Assembly (NCBI GenBank): GCA_944386485.1
Contig: CALXBG010000028.1
Location: 1-29,708, forward strand
Length of the DNA: 29,708 bases
Reading direction: 5' to 3'
From: an uncultured Pygmaiobacter sp.
GTDB taxonomy: Bacteria > Bacillota > Clostridia > Oscillospirales > Ruminococcaceae
A model generated the notes under the pieces. That model made no database searches, had not been told where the DNA came from, and saw only the letters and a list, made by a program, of their open reading frames with translations. How positions within the stretch are numbered: the stretch's first letter is position 1; each line of letters opens with the position of its first letter. Shown here in pieces: positions 25,810 to 29,708 of the stretch. Both the position numbers and the translations under genes were made by a program.

Positions 25810-26564
25810 TCACAAAGCGGATTATCCCCTGCCTCGATGTACGAAACGGCAGGGTGGTCAAAGGGGTCAACTTTGAGGAAGTACAGGACGTCGCCGATCC
25901 GGTCGAGATGGCCCGGTTTTACAACCAGGCCGGCGCGGACGAGCTGGTCTTTTATGACATCACCGCCAGCGTCGAGGAGAGGGGAATCTTCACCGAGGTA
26001 CTGCGCCGGGTCGCGAGCGAGATCTTTATCCCGCTGACCGTCGGCGGCGGCATCCGCACGCTGGACGACTTCGACCGGGTGCTCAAATGCGGCGCCGACA
26101 AGGTCAGCGTCAACAGCGGCGCGATCGATGACCCCGATCTGATCCGACGCGCGGCTCAGCGGTACGGCGATCAGTGCGTCGTGCTGAGCATGGATATCAA
26201 GCGGGTGGACGGCCAGTTCCGGCTCTTTGCCAAGGGCGGCAGGGTGGACACCGGCATCGATGCGCTGGAATGGGCGCAGCGCGGGGTCGCAAACGGCGCG
26301 GGGGAACTCGTTGCCAACAGCATCGACACCGACGGGGTCAAGGGCGGCTTTGACCTCGAGCTGCTCGACGCGCTTGCCGCCCGGGTGGACGTGCCGATCA
26401 TCGCCAGCGGCGGCGCGGGGAAGATGGAGGATTTCGCCGAGCTGTTCTGCAACCATCCCGGCGTGGACGCCGGTCTCGCGGCCAGCATCTTCCACCGCAA
26501 GGAGGTCGAGATCGGCGCGCTCAAGCAGTATCTGCGGGAAATGGGCGTCGAGATGCGGCTGTGA
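25806..26564 (+). CDS. hisF: Imidazole glycerol phosphate synthase, cyclase subunit
   Basis: [17 protein letters not shown]...[11 protein letters not shown] motifs. ATGA overlap with hisA. Confidence 0.9.
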   Translation: MITKRIIPCLDVRNGRVVKGVNFEEVQDVADPVEMARFYNQAGADELVFYDITASVEERGIFTEVLRRVASEIFIPLTVGGGIRTLDDFDRVLKCGADKVSVNSGAIDDPDLIRRAAQRYGDQCVVLSMDIKRVDGQFRLFAKGGRVDTGIDALEWAQRGVANGAGELVANSIDTDGVKGGFDLELLDALAARVDVPIIASGGAGKMEDFAELFCNHPGVDAGLAASIFHRKEVEIGALKQYLREMGVEMRL

Positions 26565-26613
26565 GGAACGCAAAACAGAAAATCGCCCCGCGGGGCAGAA
26601 AAGGGAGAAAAAC

Positions 26614-27255
26614 ATGCCTGTGGAACTCAAATTCGATGAGAAGGGTCTGATTCCTGCGATCGTGCAGGATCATTACACGAAAGAGGTGCTCACCCTCGCT
26701 TACATGAACGCCGAGAGCCTTGCGATCAGCATCGCCGAGGGCCGCACCTGCTTTTACAGCCGCAGCCGTCAATGCCTCTGGCGCAAGGGCGAGGCCAGCG
26801 GCAACATCCAGCGGATCGTCTCGATCACCGCGGACTGCGACGCCGACGCGCTGGTTGTCGAGGTTGTCAAGAGCGGGCCGGCCTGTCATACCGGCGCGGA
26901 GAGCTGCTTTTTCCAGCCGGTTTTTGTCAGCGAGGAACTTAAGCCCTTCTGCTATGAAGGGCTTTACCGGCTGATTGCCGGCCGCAAAACCGATCCCAAG
27001 GAGGGCAGCTATACCACCTACCTGTTCGAGAAGGGGATGGACAAGATCCTCAAGAAGGTCGGTGAGGAATGTACCGAGGTCATCGTCGCCGGGGCCAAGC
27101 GGGATCGGGAGGAGACCATTTTCGAGATCGCGGATCTCGCCTACCATGTGATGGTGCTGATGGTTGAGTCGGGCATCTCGATCCAGGAGATCACCGCCGA
27201 ACTGGAAAAGCGCCATGTCGTCGATCACAAGGTCAAACAGGAGCGGATGCAGTGA
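26614..27255 (+). CDS. hisI: Bifunctional phosphoribosyl-AMP cyclohydrolase / phosphoribosyl-ATP pyrophosphatase
   Basis: Start at ATG 26614 (RBS AGGGAG). The first half has the HisI motif ([10 protein letters not shown]...GPACHTG). The second half is a HisE MazG-like segment (LYRLIAGRK...TYLFEKG). The longer track ORF from 26227 is a frame artefact overlapping hisF. Confidence 0.85.
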   Translation: MPVELKFDEKGLIPAIVQDHYTKEVLTLAYMNAESLAISIAEGRTCFYSRSRQCLWRKGEASGNIQRIVSITADCDADALVVEVVKSGPACHTGAESCFFQPVFVSEELKPFCYEGLYRLIAGRKTDPKEGSYTTYLFEKGMDKILKKVGEECTEVIVAGAKRDREETIFEIADLAYHVMVLMVESGISIQEITAELEKRHVVDHKVKQERMQ

Positions 27256-27260
27256 ATGGG

Positions 27261-28097
27261 ATGAATACGGCGCCGCTGCGTACCAGCGTGCATGTCCATA
27301 CCACCTTCTGCGACGGGAGCGACGACCCCGCCGCGATGGCGGCCGCTGCGGAACAGCAGGGGCTGGGAACGCTTGGCTTTTCGGTTCACGGCTATGTCCC
27401 GCAGGAAAAGTTTGGCCTGCCCCCGGCCCGGACGGGGGAGTACTGCGCCGAAATCCACCGCCTGCAAGCCGAATATGCCGGACGGCTTGAGATCCTCTGC
27501 GGTATCGAGCTGGACACCCAAACGCCGCTCGAACAGCTGGAACAGGCAAAAAAGCTGGACTATCGAATCGGCAGCTGCCATGCGGTACGGGATGCCGCCG
27601 GCCGCTTTTGGACGGTGGATGACACCCCCGAGCTGTTCGGGGAAGGGATCCGGGAAGGGTTTGACGGCGACCCGATGGCGCTGGCGCTGGCCTACTATGA
27701 GCAATTCATTCCCTGGGTCTGTGCGCTGCGCCCCGAAATTGTGGGCCACCTGGACCTGATCAGCAAATTCAACCGCAACGCGGAGTTCTTCGACGAAGAC
27801 GCCGCCCGATACCGCTCGCTCTGCCTTGAGGCAGTTGAGGCGGTGCTGCGGGCCGATCTGGTGATAGAGGTCAACACCGGCGCGATCTGCCGCGGTTGGC
27901 GGGACCGGCCCTATCCGTCGGCGCTGCTGCTGCGGCGGATCAATGAGGCGGGCGGCCGGGTCACGGTTACCTCCGACGCCCACAGCGCCGCCGATTTGAC
28001 TTTCGGCTTTGAAAAGGCGCTTGCGCTGCTGCGCTGGGTCGGATTTCGGTCGGTCTGGGAGCTGACCGCAAACGGCTGGGTCGAGCGGGCACTATAA
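27261..28097 (+). CDS. hisK: Histidinol-phosphatase, PHP family (HisK/HisJ type)
   Basis: PHP motif SVHVHTTFCDGS. Conserved H/D positions throughout. About 279 aa. The start is either ATG 27261 or the in-frame GTG 27252 that overlaps the hisIE stop. Confidence 0.7.
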   Translation: MNTAPLRTSVHVHTTFCDGSDDPAAMAAAAEQQGLGTLGFSVHGYVPQEKFGLPPARTGEYCAEIHRLQAEYAGRLEILCGIELDTQTPLEQLEQAKKLDYRIGSCHAVRDAAGRFWTVDDTPELFGEGIREGFDGDPMALALAYYEQFIPWVCALRPEIVGHLDLISKFNRNAEFFDEDAARYRSLCLEAVEAVLRADLVIEVNTGAICRGWRDRPYPSALLLRRINEAGGRVTVTSDAHSAADLTFGFEKALALLRWVGFRSVWELTANGWVERAL

Positions 28098-28099
28098 CA

Positions 28100-28138
28100 A
28101 AGAAAAACGCCGGGATTCAAAATCCCGGCGCTTTTTAT
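28100..28138. terminator. Bidirectional terminator between the his operon and udk (convergent)
   Basis: Stem cgccgggatt / aatcccggcg with loop caaa. It has an A-run on the left and ctttttat on the right. Confidence 0.65.
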
Positions 28139-28146
28139 AAGTAATG

Positions 28147-28767
28147 TCAGTTCGTGCTGTCCAGGTGACGGCGTACCCGCTGGATGATCATGTCCAGCGC
28201 GACCTCGTTGCGCCCGCCCTCGAGCACAATGATGTCCGCCGCCCGCTTGGAGGGCTCGACAAACTGTTCGTGCATCGGCTTGACGGTCGACAGGTACTGG
28301 GTGACCACCGAGTCGAGGCTGCGGTCCCGCTCCTTGACGTCGCGGGAGATCCGGCGCAGCAGCCGCACATCGGCGTCGGTGTCAACGAAGATCTTGATGT
28401 CCATCATGTCCCGCAGCGCGGGGTTCTGGAAGATCAGGATGCCCTCGATGATCAGTACCCGGGAGGGCTCCACATGGATGGTGCGGTCCGAGCGGTTATG
28501 CACGGTAAAATCATAGACCGGGCAATCCACCGCCTCGCCGGCCCGCAGCTTGGCCAGATGCTCAATCAGCAGTTCGGTGTCAAATGCGTCGGGGTGATCG
28601 TAGTTGAGCTTGGAAAGCTCCTCATAGCTCATCCCCTCATGCGCCTTATAATAGTTGTCGTGATAGACAACACTCACATCGTCCCTAAAATACTCCTTGA
28701 GCCGATTGGTCAAGGTCGTCTTCCCGCTGCCGGTACCCCCGGCAATTCCGATTACCATCATCTCCAT
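28147..28767 (-). CDS. udk: Uridine kinase
   Basis: MEMMVIGIAGGTGSGKTT P-loop, DNYYK and IIEGILIF motifs. Start is ATG 28767 (RBS GGAAAGGAAG). The upstream 109 codons of the track ORF are rejected. Confidence 0.85.
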   Translation of the reverse strand: MEMMVIGIAGGTGSGKTTLTNRLKEYFRDDVSVVYHDNYYKAHEGMSYEELSKLNYDHPDAFDTELLIEHLAKLRAGEAVDCPVYDFTVHNRSDRTIHVEPSRVLIIEGILIFQNPALRDMMDIKIFVDTDADVRLLRRISRDVKERDRSLDSVVTQYLSTVKPMHEQFVEPSKRAADIIVLEGGRNEVALDMIIQRVRRHLDSTN

Positions 28768-28969
28768 AGGGACGCTTCCTTTCCGATAAATAAGACCGAT
28801 TTTACAAAAATAGGGTAGAACTGCGAAACCCCGCATCCAAGTATAATATAAAAACGCGGCCGGGTAAAGATGAAATGTCGAAAAAAGGCCAAAAATACTA
28901 CATACTATATTATATAAGGAAGAAAACAAACGCGGCGAAAAAATGGAGGAAGAAATTTGAAAAAAGGTG

Positions 28970-28998
28970 TTGACATTCCTGTAAAGACGTGGTAATAT
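28970..28998 (+). promoter_or_regulatory. rRNA operon promoter P1
   Basis: -35 TTGACA (28970-28975), 17 nt spacer, -10 TAATAT (28993-28998). An A/T-rich UP-like element lies upstream (aaatttgaaaaaagg). Confidence 0.6.
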
Positions 28999-29087
28999 AA
29001 TCAAGCTGTCTCCCACAGAGACGGCAAACAGCCCACCAGGATGTGAGCTGAGCGCCGAAAAGAATTTGAAAAAATTCAAAAAAGTGC

Positions 29088-29116
29088 TTGACAAACAAAA
29101 CCTGATGTGCTAAAAT
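29088..29116 (+). promoter_or_regulatory. rRNA operon promoter P2
   Basis: -35 TTGACA (29088-29093), 17 nt spacer, -10 TAAAAT (29111-29116). The preceding gaatttgaaaaaattcaaaaaag UP-like tract is near-identical to the one before P1. Confidence 0.6.
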
Positions 29117-29216
29117 AAATAAGCTGACCCACGGAAGTGAGCGCAGCGAAACCTCCAAAGATTTGGAGGACAGGACCTTGAAAATTAAACAATATAGAGA
29201 AAAGCTTGAAGGAGCT

Positions 29217-29253
29217 CTAGAGCAGGAGGAAACCTGCTCGTTAAAGCTAAAAA
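29217..29253 (+). promoter_or_regulatory. boxB-like hairpin plus boxA-like antitermination element in the rRNA leader
   Basis: Hairpin gagcagg-aggaaac-cctgctc followed by tgctcgttaaagctaaaaa, which resembles boxA (TGCTCTTTAACAA). A second hairpin cctccaaagatttggagg lies at 29152-29170. Confidence 0.35.
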
Positions 29254-29340
29254 TTCCTTTTAAGTAATTCTACAAGGACGCAAGCGATTGCGTGCTGAGT
29301 AAGAATCGATTAAATTCAGTGTCAACTGATTTTAATATCA

Positions 29341-29708
<368 letters not shown>

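Overview
The window is a high-GC chromosomal segment from a Clostridia-type Firmicute. The partial 16S signature at the 3' end resembles Oscillospiraceae/Ruminococcaceae. Coding density is high, intergenic islands are AT-rich with sigma-A-like promoters, and operons are bounded by rho-independent hairpins.

Layout from left to right:
- tRNA-Glu(TTC) followed by a double hairpin.
- A tightly packed four-gene plus-strand operon (415-8167). It encodes an SPFH/Band-7 protein with a C-terminal double zinc ribbon, a membrane-anchored zinc-ribbon/TIR-domain protein, a large HerA/FtsK-superfamily P-loop ATPase with an uncharacterised ~420-aa N-terminal region, and an extremely D/E-rich (polyacidic) 524-aa protein. 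It ends at a bidirectional terminator. This is the most unusual part of the window and a candidate undescribed TIR plus HerA-like ATPase defence or signalling module.
- A minus-strand operon: DUF4340-like secreted protein, YdbS-like and YdbT-like PH-domain membrane proteins, and a HAD phosphatase with a transmembrane tail.
- Two tandem RCK/TrkA-family genes.
- A stand-alone tRNA-Arg(CCG) with its own promoter and terminator.
- A zinc-ribbon/DUF2628-like membrane protein with Q/Y-rich repeats.
- A MATE efflux pump, GluQ-RS (gluQ) and an AI-2E family transporter.
- A complete ten-gene histidine biosynthesis operon, hisZ-G-D-C-B-H-A-F-IE-K.
- Uridine kinase.
- Tandem rRNA P1/P2 promoters with a boxB/boxA-like leader and the 5' end of a 16S rRNA gene.

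No CRISPR array, transposase, integrase or obvious prophage gene was seen. The many long antisense ORFs in the track are GC-driven artefacts.
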